31,955 nucleotides of DNA, taken from the NCBI GenBank assembly GCA_963825055.1, contig CAWGSK010000024.1, positions 1 through 31,955 on the forward strand, in the 5' to 3' direction. This DNA is from an uncultured Gemmatimonadales bacterium. Lineage in GTDB: Bacteria; Gemmatimonadota; Gemmatimonadetes; Gemmatimonadales; GWC2-71-9. Of this stretch, positions 16,719 to 26,304 are shown in pieces; positions within the stretch are counted from its first letter, which is position 1, and the number at the start of each line of letters is the position of its first letter. The position numbers and the translations under genes are program-made. The notes under the pieces are model-generated. The model was not told the origin of the DNA, did no database searches, and saw nothing but the letters and a program-made list of their open reading frames with translations.

Positions 16719-17602
16719 CCGCCGTCTACACTCACCCCGCCTGTCTCCGGCACGACCCCGGCCCGTTGGAAGTCCCCGAGCGTCTCGCGGTGCTCCTGTC
16801 CCGGCTCCGCGACCATCCCCGACACACGGTAAGACACGCCGCCCCCGCGCCGCTGGCGATGCTGGCGGAGGTGCATACCGCCGGGCATCTCGATCTGCTG
16901 CGGGACACCGCGACCGCCGGCGGTGGCGCGGTCGGTCCGGAGGCGGTGCTTTCCCCGGAGAGCTGGGAGGCGGTGCTCGGCGCCGCGGGTTCCATGGCCT
17001 CGGCCATCGACCACGCCCTCGCAGGACGTGGTCACGCATTCGCCGCCGTTCGCCCCCCGGGGCATCACGCCCTCCGCGATCGTGCGATGGGGTTCTGCCT
17101 CGTCAACAACGCGGTAGCCGGCGCCCTGCACGCCCGCCGGCGCGGGGCGGCACGGACGCTCATTGTCGACTGGGATGTGCACCACGGAAACGGCACCCAG
17201 GCCCTGGTGGAGCGGGACCCCTCCGTGCGTTTTGTTTCCATGCACCAGTATCCGTGGTATCCCGGAACGGGCGCGGCGGGAGAGCACGGGGTGGGTAACG
17301 TTTTCAACGTCCCGGCGCCACCGTCGCTTCCTCCTGAACGCTACGTGGCCATGCTCGAGGCGGCATTCAGGCGTGCGATGGATGGCTGGCGCCCCGATCT
17401 CATACTCGTCTCCGCCGGTTACGACTGCCTCCGCGGCGATCCGCTCGGCGGCTTCACGCTCGAGCCGGTACACCTGGGGGGCTGGATCACCTTCTTCAGG
17501 GAGCAATTGCCCGACGTCCCCATCGCGGCTGTCCTGGAGGGAGGCTACATACCGTCCCGGCTCGCCGATGGCGTGCTGGCGACGCTCGACGCACTGGACT
17601 GA
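16715..17602 (+). CDS. Histone deacetylase family Zn-dependent deacylase/amidohydrolase
   Basis: RPPGHHA, GFCLVNN, DWDVHHGNGTQ, SAGYD and LEGGY. Confidence 0.93.
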   Translation: MTAVYTHPACLRHDPGPLEVPERLAVLLSRLRDHPRHTVRHAAPAPLAMLAEVHTAGHLDLLRDTATAGGGAVGPEAVLSPESWEAVLGAAGSMASAIDHALAGRGHAFAAVRPPGHHALRDRAMGFCLVNNAVAGALHARRRGAARTLIVDWDVHHGNGTQALVERDPSVRFVSMHQYPWYPGTGAAGEHGVGNVFNVPAPPSLPPERYVAMLEAAFRRAMDGWRPDLILVSAGYDCLRGDPLGGFTLEPVHLGGWITFFREQLPDVPIAAVLEGGYIPSRLADGVLATLDALD

Positions 17603-17657
17603 CGCCTCCTGCCCGTTCCGCTAGATTTCCCCTTCACCATCCCCGAGGAGACCGTCC

Positions 17658-18683
17658 GTGGCCGCACCCCTGCACCTCTCCGCCGAGGTCCTGTCCCTTA
17701 CCACGCGCCATCCGTTCATCATTGCGCGCGGGGGGCGCAGCGAGTTTCAGACCGTTCGCGTCACACTGACCGACGCCGACGGCGTGGAGGGGTGGGGGGA
17801 GGCCGCGCCACAGAAATACTATGGCGAGACGGTGGAAACCGTGCTGGCGTCCCTGGACGTCTACGCCACCGTCATGCCGGAGGAGCCCTTCGCCATCGAA
17901 GCAGCCGAGCGCCGATGGGATCTCGCCCTGCGCGGCAACGCCTCGGCGCGGGTCGCGCTGTCCGCCGCCCTCCATGACCTCTGCGGAAAGAAGCTCGGTG
18001 TCCCGGTTTACCGGCTGTGGGGGCTGGACCCGGCGGATGCGCCGCTCTCGACGTTCACCATCGGGATCGACACGGCGGAGCGGATCCGGGCCAAGGTCGC
18101 GGAAGCCTCCGAGTATCCGGTCCTCAAGATCAAGCTCGGGACCGACCGCGATATCGAGATCCTGGAAACCATACGTGACGCAACCAGCCAGGAGCTCCGG
18201 GTGGACGCCAACGCCGGCTGGACCGTGCGGCAGGCGATCCGGATGCTTCCCGTCCTGGAGGAGTACGGCGTCACCGTGCTGGAGCAGCCCCTTCCCGCCA
18301 GCGATATCGGCGGGCTCGCCGAGATCCGGCGTCATGCGCGCATTCCGCTCATCGCGGACGAGAGCTGCCGCACGCTCGCGGACATCCCGCCGCTGGTGGG
18401 CGCCGTGGACGGGATCAACATCAAGCTGGCCAAGTGCGGCAGCCTGCGCGAGGCGCTGCGGATGATCGCCACCGCGCGCGCCCATCACATGACGGTGATG
18501 GTCGGCTGCATGATCGAGAGTTCCATCGGCATCACTGCTGCCGCCCACCTCACCCCCCTGGTCGATATCGTGGACCTCGACGGCGCGGCACTGCTCGCGA
18601 CGGACCCGTACGAAGGCGCCACCATCGCGGGCGGGCAGGTCCGGCTCCCGGACGGTCCTGGCCTGGGCGTTACGGCGCGATGA
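17658..18683 (+). CDS. Dipeptide (L-Ala-D/L-Glu) epimerase, enolase superfamily
   Basis: PFIIARG, GWGEA, KIKLG, RVDANAGW, EQP, ADES, NIKLAKCG, GCMIES and DLDG. RBS GAGGAG. Confidence 0.92.
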   Translation: MAAPLHLSAEVLSLTTRHPFIIARGGRSEFQTVRVTLTDADGVEGWGEAAPQKYYGETVETVLASLDVYATVMPEEPFAIEAAERRWDLALRGNASARVALSAALHDLCGKKLGVPVYRLWGLDPADAPLSTFTIGIDTAERIRAKVAEASEYPVLKIKLGTDRDIEILETIRDATSQELRVDANAGWTVRQAIRMLPVLEEYGVTVLEQPLPASDIGGLAEIRRHARIPLIADESCRTLADIPPLVGAVDGINIKLAKCGSLREALRMIATARAHHMTVMVGCMIESSIGITAAAHLTPLVDIVDLDGAALLATDPYEGATIAGGQVRLPDGPGLGVTAR

Positions 18684-21097
18684 GCGCCGGTTTCGGCCGG
18701 GTGGCACTGCCGCTGCCCCTGGCCGAGCCCTATACCTACCGGGTCCCGCCCGGGCTCGCCGATCGCATTGTCCCTGGTGCGCGCGTGATTGTCCCGGTCC
18801 GCCGCCAGGAGATGGTCGGCATCGTGGTCGGCCTCGATCCCGGGGCCCCCGACCGCGAAGTCCGTGACATTCTCGCTGCCCCCGACCCCGAGCCCGCGCT
18901 TCCCCCTGCGCTCCTGGAGACCGCCGAATGGATGGCGGGCTACTACGGGGCTCCGCTCGGCCTGGCACTCCGTGCCATGCTCCCCGCCGCCCTCTGGGGG
19001 CGATCCCACGTGCGGGTGTATCTGGAACGTCCGGGCGCGGCGCCCGGCGGATTCTCGGCTGAGATTGTCCGGTGGCTCGAGCGGAAGGGCGGGGAGGCCA
19101 CCTCGACTGCCATCGCCCGGGCGCTCCGGAAACCGGTCTGGGACGCCTTGGCGCGACTCGACCGCGTGGGGGCGGTCCGTCTCGAGGTCACGGGGGTGGA
19201 CGCCGGGGCGCCCGGCGTGACCGAGCGCGTGCTGGCGCTGGTCGAACCGCGACCGTCCCTGGCCGAGCGGGAAGAACTGTTCCGGCGCACGCGATCGCAG
19301 CGGCGCCTGTTCGAGACCCTGGAGGATCTCGGGGGCGGTGCACCCGTTCGCCACCTCCGTGACCAGCTCGGCTTTTCTGACCATCCTGTCCGGGCGCTCG
19401 TCGGCCGGGGGCTGGCCCGTCTCGAGGATGTCGAGCGCATTCGGGATCCTTTTGCGGACCTGCCCGGGAGCCCTCCCCCCGGCGCTCCCTCGCCCGCGCA
19501 ACAGGAGGCGCTCACTTCGCTCGCGGCGGTGCCGCCGGGCGAGGCTGCGCTCCTGTTCGGCGTGACGGGGAGCGGCAAGACGTTTGTCTATCTGGAGGCG
19601 ATCCGGGCCGCGCTCGCCCGGGGTCGTGGCGCCATCCTGCTGGTGCCGGAGATCAGCCTCACGCCACAGATCGTCGCCCGGGTTCGCGGCGCCTTCGGGG
19701 ACGAGGTGGCGGTACTGCACAGCGGCCTGTCGGATGGCGAGCGCGCCGATGCGTGGCGCGTGCTGCGGCGGGGCGAGCGACGGGTCGCGGTTGGAGCGCG
19801 TTCCGCGATCTTCGCCCCCGTCCAGGACCTCGGCGTCATCGTGATCGACGAGGAGCACGAGGCCGGATACAAGAACGGGGAGACGCCGCGCTATCATGCG
19901 CGGGAGGTGGCCGGTGTGCGCGCCAGCCTGGAAAACGCTTCCCTGATCCTGGGGAGCGCCACCCCATCGGCGGAAACGATGGCGCGAGTGGATACCGGGG
20001 TGCCGGCCATTCGCCTCCCGGACCGGATCGGCGCCCGCCCGATGCCGGAAGTGGAGCTGGTGGACCTCCGTCACGCCGAACGGGTGGAGGGGACCCGCGC
20101 CGTGCCCTGGACTCGATCCCTGGACGAGGCCGTGACCACAACGCTCGCGCGCGGGGAGCAGGCACTCCTCCTGCTCAACCGGCGCGGCTTCGCGACCTAC
20201 CTCCAGTGCGAGGCTTGTGGTGAGGTCCGGGAATGTCCGCACTGCAGTATCTCGCTCACGGTGCATGACAGCCCTGCACTCCTGCGTTGCCACTACTGCG
20301 GGTACACCGAGCGGATCCCGGATGCCTGCCTGGCGTGCGGCCATGCCGTGCAGCGGCACCGTGGCGTCGGCACACAGCAACTCGAGCGGGTGCTTGCCGA
20401 GCGATTCCCGTTGGCCCGACTCGCGCGGATGGACCTGGACACGACCAGCACGCGATGGTCGCACCACCGGATCCTGTCAGCGGTGGAACGGGGTGAGGTC
20501 GACCTGCTGCTCGGAACGCAGATGATTGCCAAGGGGCTCGATTTTCCGAACGTGACACTCGTGGGGGTCGTGGACGCCGATACGGGGCTTCACCTGCCCG
20601 ATTTCCGGAGCGCGGAGCGTACCTTCCAGCTGCTGGCGCAGGTTGCCGGGCGCACCGGGCGCGGACCGAAGGGCGGACGGGTGCTGATCCAGACCCGTAC
20701 GCCGGGGCACCATGCCCTCCGCTGGGCGGCGCAGCATGATGTCGAGCGGTTCCTCGAGGACGAACTGGCCAGCCGGCGGGAGCCGCCATATCCGCCGTAT
20801 CTCTCGCTCGTCAACGTCCTTGTGTCGGGCGTGGATGAGGGCGATGTCGGACGGGAGGCCGCGGAGGTCGCCGACTGGTTCCACGCCCTGGTGGCGGCGC
20901 GGGAGCTGCCGGTGCGGGTTCTCGGTCCGGCCCCGTGCCCGATTGCCCGGATCAAGACCCGCTGGCGCTGGCACGTCCTGCTCAAGGGGCCATCCGAGGA
21001 GCTGGGCCGCGTCGTGCGGTACGCGGCATCACGAATCACGAAAGCGGGCCGGGACGTGCGGGTCGTTCTCGACCGCGACCCGGTCTCGCTTCTCTAG
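18680..21097 (+). CDS. priA: Primosomal protein N' (replication restart helicase)
   Basis: GVTGSGKT, LVPEISLTPQ, DEEHE, SATPS, NRRGF, four CxxC Zn motifs, GTQMIAKGLDFP and QVAGRTGR. Confidence 0.97.
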   Translation: MSAGFGRVALPLPLAEPYTYRVPPGLADRIVPGARVIVPVRRQEMVGIVVGLDPGAPDREVRDILAAPDPEPALPPALLETAEWMAGYYGAPLGLALRAMLPAALWGRSHVRVYLERPGAAPGGFSAEIVRWLERKGGEATSTAIARALRKPVWDALARLDRVGAVRLEVTGVDAGAPGVTERVLALVEPRPSLAEREELFRRTRSQRRLFETLEDLGGGAPVRHLRDQLGFSDHPVRALVGRGLARLEDVERIRDPFADLPGSPPPGAPSPAQQEALTSLAAVPPGEAALLFGVTGSGKTFVYLEAIRAALARGRGAILLVPEISLTPQIVARVRGAFGDEVAVLHSGLSDGERADAWRVLRRGERRVAVGARSAIFAPVQDLGVIVIDEEHEAGYKNGETPRYHAREVAGVRASLENASLILGSATPSAETMARVDTGVPAIRLPDRIGARPMPEVELVDLRHAERVEGTRAVPWTRSLDEAVTTTLARGEQALLLLNRRGFATYLQCEACGEVRECPHCSISLTVHDSPALLRCHYCGYTERIPDACLACGHAVQRHRGVGTQQLERVLAERFPLARLARMDLDTTSTRWSHHRILSAVERGEVDLLLGTQMIAKGLDFPNVTLVGVVDADTGLHLPDFRSAERTFQLLAQVAGRTGRGPKGGRVLIQTRTPGHHALRWAAQHDVERFLEDELASRREPPYPPYLSLVNVLVSGVDEGDVGREAAEVADWFHALVAARELPVRVLGPAPCPIARIKTRWRWHVLLKGPSEELGRVVRYAASRITKAGRDVRVVLDRDPVSLL

Positions 21098-21108
21098 CGG
21101 AAGGCGTC

Positions 21109-22086
21109 ATGGCGACTGGCAGGGACGAGCTCCTGGAGCAGGCGCACGCGGCGCGGCAGCGCAGCTCGGACCGCTTGCGGCATACCCCGCTCGAAGCGAG
21201 CCCGGGGCTCAGCGAACACTGCGGCGTCCCGGTCTATCTCAAGCTGGAGAACCTGCAGGTGACCGGGGCGTTCAAGGCCAGGGGCCCCCTCAACCTCCTG
21301 CTGCGCCTGCCGCCTGGGGAGCGCGGGCGGGGAGTCGTAGCTCCCACCGCAGGCAACCATGGACTCGGCCTGGCGTGGGCCGCCGCGCAGGTGGGAACGA
21401 CGGCGCACATCTTCCTGCCGCGGAACGCGGATCCCGACAAGGTGCGCCGCCTGGGCGAGCTCGGGGCCCGGCTCACCTTCTGTGACGACTACGAAGCCGC
21501 GCACCATGCTGCCGTCGAGGCCGCCGCTTCCACGGGCGCCCGGTACGTATCCCCCTACAACGATCCCGACGTGATTGCCGCGGACGGCGTGGTCGGGCTG
21601 GAGATCCATGACGACCTGCCGGAAGTTCGCTGCGTCGTTTCCTGCCTGGGGGGTGGCGGCCTCGTCGCCGGCATCGCCGCCGTCCTCAAGGCGCTGCATC
21701 CGGCCATCGTGGTGAAGGCCGTGGAAGCGGCGGCGAGTCCCACGTTTTCGACGTGGCGCCGGGTGGGAACGCCGTGCCACCTGGTTACCGGTCCGACCAT
21801 TGCGGAAGGGCTCGGGGGATACGTGGAGCCCGACAGCCTGACATGGCCTCTCATCGCGCGGGATGTGGATGAGGTCCTGTCCGTCTCCGACGGGGAACTC
21901 ATCTCCGCCATGCGCTGGCTCGCGGAGCAGCATCGGCTGATTGTCGAGCCCTCCGGCGCCGCCGCGGTGGCGGCCCTCCTCCGGGCTCCGTCACTGGCCG
22001 CCGGCCCCACCGTCGCCACCGTCACTGGTGGCAATCTGGGCTGGCCCCGGTTCCTGGGTCTGGTCGCCCCGGACGGGGTATCGTAG
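21109..22086 (+). CDS. Threonine/serine dehydratase-like PLP enzyme (no regulatory domain)
   Basis: KLENLQVTGAFKARG, AGNHG, GGGGL, TIAEG, VEPSGA and TGGN. Confidence 0.88.
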   Translation: MATGRDELLEQAHAARQRSSDRLRHTPLEASPGLSEHCGVPVYLKLENLQVTGAFKARGPLNLLLRLPPGERGRGVVAPTAGNHGLGLAWAAAQVGTTAHIFLPRNADPDKVRRLGELGARLTFCDDYEAAHHAAVEAAASTGARYVSPYNDPDVIAADGVVGLEIHDDLPEVRCVVSCLGGGGLVAGIAAVLKALHPAIVVKAVEAAASPTFSTWRRVGTPCHLVTGPTIAEGLGGYVEPDSLTWPLIARDVDEVLSVSDGELISAMRWLAEQHRLIVEPSGAAAVAALLRAPSLAAGPTVATVTGGNLGWPRFLGLVAPDGVS

Positions 22087-22255
22087 ATCGCCATCCGGAC
22101 CCGCAAACCGCGATTCATGAGGCCTTTACGTATCGGCCCCACCAGCCGGCAATGACATCCCGGTAGCAACGGTTCGATCCAGCCTGTAACACCACGATAC
22201 AGCGTCCGGGGGGGTAGTCGGGCGTTCTTCATGGGGGAGAGGAGCCAGATGGCCT

Positions 22256-22272
22256 CTGGCCTCGGGTTTGCA
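22256..22272 (+). promoter_or_regulatory. Putative sigma54 (-24/-12) promoter of the multiheme cytochrome operon
   Basis: CTGGC-CTCGGGT-TTGCA matches TGGC-N7-TTGCW, 54 nt upstream of the first ATG. Confidence 0.6.
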
Positions 22273-22325
22273 ACTTTCCGGAGCGGATATCCGCGCCTCA
22301 ACCGCAAATCTCCCCTGGAGCCTCC

Positions 22326-23279
22326 ATGGCCTCAACCATCTCCGGCACCGCGGAGGCACGCGCATTTGTCTTTCAGGGCCGCCCACAGGCGGAGCGCATT
22401 GCCTTCGAGGCCCCGGCCGGATGGGGTGAACGGCTCTTCCGGGCCCTCCTGCTGCTCGTCTGGCTCGGCATCGCCTCCACCTGCCTGCTCTACGGTCTGG
22501 ACTACTACCGTCTGCCCCTCGCGGCGCGGGCGGCAGCTCCGCTGCACGACCTGCTCAAGCCCTCGGGCCTGATCGGGCAGGGGTACGGCATCGTCGGCAC
22601 CCTGTTCATCATCGCCGGCGTCGGCAGCTACTCGATTCGCAAACGCATCCCCTGGCTCCGCAACCTCGGGACGCTGCACCACTGGCTCCAGGTGCACGTG
22701 TTCCTGTGCACGATCGGTCCGTTCCTGGTCCTGCTCCACACGACCTTCCGTTTCGGCGGGATCGTGTCCATCGCGTTCTGGAGCATGACGGCGGTCGCCA
22801 TCAGCGGCCTGTTCGGCCGCTTCGTGTACGCGCACATCCCCCGCACGATCCACGGCCAGTCCGTCACACTGGATGCCGTCCGGGCGGCGCAGGAAGACCT
22901 TCAACACCGCATACGCGAGGCCTGGTCTGGCGAGGCTGAGGTGCTCGCATTGCTCAAGCGCCCTCGCCGGGTGCCGCCGCGGAACGTGCTCGTGGCCCTG
23001 GTGCTGGCCATGCGCTATGACGTGTCCCGCCGCTTCACGTTGCGGCGCCTGCGGCGCCAGCTCGACCGGAGCCGCCTGCCGGCCAACATGCAGAGCGAGC
23101 TCCTGGCAGCCGTGCGGGCGGAACTCGCAGTGGAGCAACAGATGCTGCTCCTGCAGCCGTTCCAGCGCCTGTTCCACTGGTGGCACGTGTTCCACCTCCC
23201 GCTGACCGGGGTGATGTTCGTCGTCCTCACCGTGCATGTCGCGGTGGCCATCATGTTCGGGTATACCTGGATCTTCTAG
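22326..23279 (+). CDS. Polytopic inner-membrane protein with His-rich helices (putative heme b / ferric-reductase-like membrane subunit)
   Basis: About 5 TM helices, with His in or near them: WLQVHVFL, LLHTTF, WHVFHLPL, LTVHVAV. RBS GGAG. Confidence 0.7.
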   Translation: MASTISGTAEARAFVFQGRPQAERIAFEAPAGWGERLFRALLLLVWLGIASTCLLYGLDYYRLPLAARAAAPLHDLLKPSGLIGQGYGIVGTLFIIAGVGSYSIRKRIPWLRNLGTLHHWLQVHVFLCTIGPFLVLLHTTFRFGGIVSIAFWSMTAVAISGLFGRFVYAHIPRTIHGQSVTLDAVRAAQEDLQHRIREAWSGEAEVLALLKRPRRVPPRNVLVALVLAMRYDVSRRFTLRRLRRQLDRSRLPANMQSELLAAVRAELAVEQQMLLLQPFQRLFHWWHVFHLPLTGVMFVVLTVHVAVAIMFGYTWIF

Positions 23280-24776
23280 GTGAACCTTCCGCCGCGCGGT
23301 CCCGGCATCGTCCGGCTCCTGCTCGTCTTCCTCTGCTTCGTGGCGCTTCTGCCGGGCAGTGCGGCGGCACAGATCATCTCGCCCGGCAAGCTTGCGCAGG
23401 ACCATGCGGAGCTGGAGGGGATCCGGAACTGCACGCAGTGTCACCAGCTCCGGCAGCGGGGGATCGACAATGCGAAGTGCCTCGAGTGCCACGCTCCGCT
23501 GAAGCGACGGATCGACGAGCGGAAGGGGCTGCACGCGAGGTCGAGCGAGCGGAACTGTGCCGACTGCCACCGCGACCACTTCGGTCGCGAGTTCGCCCTG
23601 GTCGCCTTCGACACGGCCAGGTTCGACCACGCCGATGCGGGATACGACCTGGAAGGAGCGCACCATGACCTCGGCTGCCGCGACTGCCACGAACCGGTCC
23701 TGGTGCGTGCGCCCGACGTCCGGGCATTTGCCTCTCGCCACGGCGGGCTCGACCGCACCTTCCTCGGCCTCGGGACGACCTGCCGGAGCTGTCACGAGTC
23801 GGATGACCCGCACGGCGAGCAGTTCGGCGACCGTGCCTGTACGGCCTGCCATACCCAGCAGGACTGGACTCCCGCATCAGGCTTCGACCACGACCGCGCG
23901 AAGTACCGCCTCACCGGCGCCCACCGGCAAGTGGACTGCGCCGGCTGCCACCGCGACCAGAGCCGTGATCCCAGGCATCCGCGCGTGCGCTACACCGGCC
24001 TCGCCTCTGGTGCCTGCAGTGACTGCCACACCGACCCGCATGGCGGCGCGATGAACGGCGCATGCGCCACCTGTCACGCCACCACCGGCTGGCGACAGCT
24101 CGATCGCTCGGGCTTCGAGGGCCGCTTTGACCACAGCAGGACCGGCTTCATCCTGCGGGGCGCCCATGCGGGGGCCGACTGCCGGGCGTGCCACACTCCC
24201 GCACGGGCGCCCCGGGCGGGTGTGCGGATCCGCTTCGTGGCCGGGGGTGGCTCGTCAACGTACCCGAAGCCGGTGGCGCGGGACTGCCTGAGCTGCCACG
24301 TGGACCGCCACCAGGGTGCCTTCAAGGAGGTGGAGGGCGGCCCGGTGTGCACCAACTGCCACGGCGAGCGAGCCTGGCTGCCGTCATCCTTCGATCTCGA
24401 GCGCCACAACCGGCCCGGTGGCTATGCCCTCACGGGCGCGCATCGCGCGGTCGCCTGCCAGGACTGCCACGTCCGGTCCGCGGACTCCACGGCCTGGACA
24501 TGGCACATCACCGGGCAGTCCTGCGAAGACTGTCACGGCGCCCGTGAGCCGCATGCCGGCCAGTTCGCCGGACGGGCGTGCGCCGACTGCCACACGATTG
24601 CCACGTTCGCCCTCGCCGGCTTCGACCACTCGAAGACCCGATACCCGCTCGACGGCGCGCACGTGAAGCTCCCCTGCGCCGACTGCCACCGCCAGGAGAC
24701 GACGGCGGATGGGAAGACCTTCCGTCGCTACACGCCCCTCGGCACGGCCTGCCGGGACTGTCATGGAGGGACCTGA
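23280..24776 (+). CDS. Multiheme c-type cytochrome, 17 CxxCH motifs
   Basis: Sec signal peptide (…GSAAA|Q). 17 CxxCH counted by hand. Repeating FDH…L-x-GAH…CxxCH units. Confidence 0.93.
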   Translation: MNLPPRGPGIVRLLLVFLCFVALLPGSAAAQIISPGKLAQDHAELEGIRNCTQCHQLRQRGIDNAKCLECHAPLKRRIDERKGLHARSSERNCADCHRDHFGREFALVAFDTARFDHADAGYDLEGAHHDLGCRDCHEPVLVRAPDVRAFASRHGGLDRTFLGLGTTCRSCHESDDPHGEQFGDRACTACHTQQDWTPASGFDHDRAKYRLTGAHRQVDCAGCHRDQSRDPRHPRVRYTGLASGACSDCHTDPHGGAMNGACATCHATTGWRQLDRSGFEGRFDHSRTGFILRGAHAGADCRACHTPARAPRAGVRIRFVAGGGSSTYPKPVARDCLSCHVDRHQGAFKEVEGGPVCTNCHGERAWLPSSFDLERHNRPGGYALTGAHRAVACQDCHVRSADSTAWTWHITGQSCEDCHGAREPHAGQFAGRACADCHTIATFALAGFDHSKTRYPLDGAHVKLPCADCHRQETTADGKTFRRYTPLGTACRDCHGGT

Positions 24777-24777
24777 G

Positions 24778-26304
24778 ATGCGTCGAGCCCTGCTGTCGGT
24801 CCTCCTCGCGCTGCCGCTCGCGGCCGGCGCCCTCATGGCTCAGGCCGGCACGCCGAGCCCGCACGGCGACATGCGCGTCAACATCGACTGCAGTGCCTGT
24901 CACACACCCCTGGTGTGGAAGCCGGTCAAGGCGGCCATGGAGTTCGACCATGCGCGCCAGGCTCAGTTCCCGTTGACCGGCCGGCATGCGGCGGTTCCCT
25001 GTGCCCGATGCCACCTGGACGCGCGTTTCGACGAGCCGAAGATCGCCCCGGACCAGTGCCGGGACTGTCACCTGGACGTACATCGCGGCCGCCTGCCCGA
25101 CTGCGCCTCCTGCCACACCACCACGACCTTCCAGAGCGTGCCTGCCATCCAGGTGCACGCGCGCACGAGTTTTCCCCTCACCGGGGCACATCTCCAGGTG
25201 CCGTGCGAAAGCTGCCACACGGACGAACGGCATGGCGCGTTCGCCCCGGTGGACGGCGATTGCGTCAGCTGCCACCTGCCCGACTACCAGGGCGCGCAGA
25301 CGGTCGACCACGTTGCCGCCGGCTTCCCGACCACCTGCCGCCGGTGCCACTCGACCGTGGCCTGGACCGGCGGGGTGCCGTTTGACCACGTGTCCGTTTC
25401 GGGCGGATTCGTCCTGGCGGGCGCCCACGTCCAGCTCCGCTGTGCGAGTTGTCACGTTCCGCCGTCAGGCATGCTCAAGTTCGTGCCGCCGCCATCCAGT
25501 GCGAATGACTGCGTCGCCTGTCACCAGCAGGACTACAACCGCCAGCACGGCAACAGCGGATTCCCGACCACGTGCACCGATTGTCATAACGTGAACACGT
25601 GGGATGATGCGCATTTCGACCACACCGCGGCCAGCGGCGGCTTCGCGCTGCTCGGCGCCCACCAGCACACCAGCTGCGATGGCTGTCACATCCCGCCGTC
25701 GAACCAGCTCCGCTTCACGCCTTCGGGACAGAACGACTGCATTGCGTGCCACCAGCAGGAGTTCACCGCCCAGCACGGAACGGGCGGGATCCCGAACACC
25801 TGCCTCGACTGCCACACCGTGGACACGTGGTCCGGGGCGACGTTTGATCACGCGGCCATTGCCAACGGCTTCGCCCTGGTCGGGGCCCACCAGCAAAGCC
25901 CCTGCGCGGCCTGCCACATTCCGCCGGACAACCAGCTCCGGTGGACCCCCAGCGGGCAGAACGACTGTGCGGCCTGCCACCAGGCCGATTACGACGCCCA
26001 GCACACCGGCAGCGGCTTCCCGCTGACCTGCCTGACCTGTCATACGGTGGACAGCTGGACGGGCGGTTCGTTCACCAACCACGATGCCCAGTTCTTCCCG
26101 ATCTACTCCGGGAAGCACAACGGCAGGTGGAACAACGACTGCTCGACCTGCCACAATGTGGCCGGGAACTACACCGCCTTCACGTGCTTCGCATGTCACG
26201 AGCACAACCAGACGGAGACCGACGGACACCACCGCGGGATCTCCGGGTACGCCTATACCAGCACGGCCTGCTACTCCTGCCACGCCAACGGGAGGTCCGA
26301 TTGA
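24778..26304 (+). CDS. Multiheme c-type cytochrome, 19 CxxCH motifs
   Basis: ATG at 24778 with GGAGG RBS. Signal peptide MRRALLSVLLALPLAAGALMA|Q. 19 CxxCH counted by hand. Confidence 0.93.
   Translation: MRRALLSVLLALPLAAGALMAQAGTPSPHGDMRVNIDCSACHTPLVWKPVKAAMEFDHARQAQFPLTGRHAAVPCARCHLDARFDEPKIAPDQCRDCHLDVHRGRLPDCASCHTTTTFQSVPAIQVHARTSFPLTGAHLQVPCESCHTDERHGAFAPVDGDCVSCHLPDYQGAQTVDHVAAGFPTTCRRCHSTVAWTGGVPFDHVSVSGGFVLAGAHVQLRCASCHVPPSGMLKFVPPPSSANDCVACHQQDYNRQHGNSGFPTTCTDCHNVNTWDDAHFDHTAASGGFALLGAHQHTSCDGCHIPPSNQLRFTPSGQNDCIACHQQEFTAQHGTGGIPNTCLDCHTVDTWSGATFDHAAIANGFALVGAHQQSPCAACHIPPDNQLRWTPSGQNDCAACHQADYDAQHTGSGFPLTCLTCHTVDSWTGGSFTNHDAQFFPIYSGKHNGRWNNDCSTCHNVAGNYTAFTCFACHEHNQTETDGHHRGISGYAYTSTACYSCHANGRSD
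25381..26070 (+). repeat. Three tandem intragenic triheme repeat units (234/228/228 bp)
   Basis: Units begin FDH at 25381, 25615 and 25843. Each reads GF-x-L-x-GAH..CxxCH-x-PP..NDCxACHQ..QH..G-x-P-x-TCxxCH-x-V-x-x-W. Confidence 0.85.

Noticed and set aside
18485..20467. 660-aa minus-strand ORF, plus similar long antisense ORFs (2591-3808, 4039-5400, 9628-11166, 12434-13912, 22332-23852, 29338-30669)
   Set aside because: These are antisense shadows of well-supported genes, expected in high-GC DNA, and carry no recognisable motifs.
22087..22325. A second cyclic-dinucleotide riboswitch ahead of the cytochrome operon
   Set aside because: I found no GNRA-capped P2 followed by GCAAAGC/GGAAAGC. 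The CGCAAA matches lack the surrounding structure.
25941..26300. Upstream extensions of track ORFs (barrel from 25941, oxidoreductase from 27242, priA from 18434, purA from 5420, glyQS from 12302, dehydratase from 20935)
   Set aside because: They overlap upstream genes or promoters. The downstream starts have an RBS or stop/start coupling and match family N-termini.
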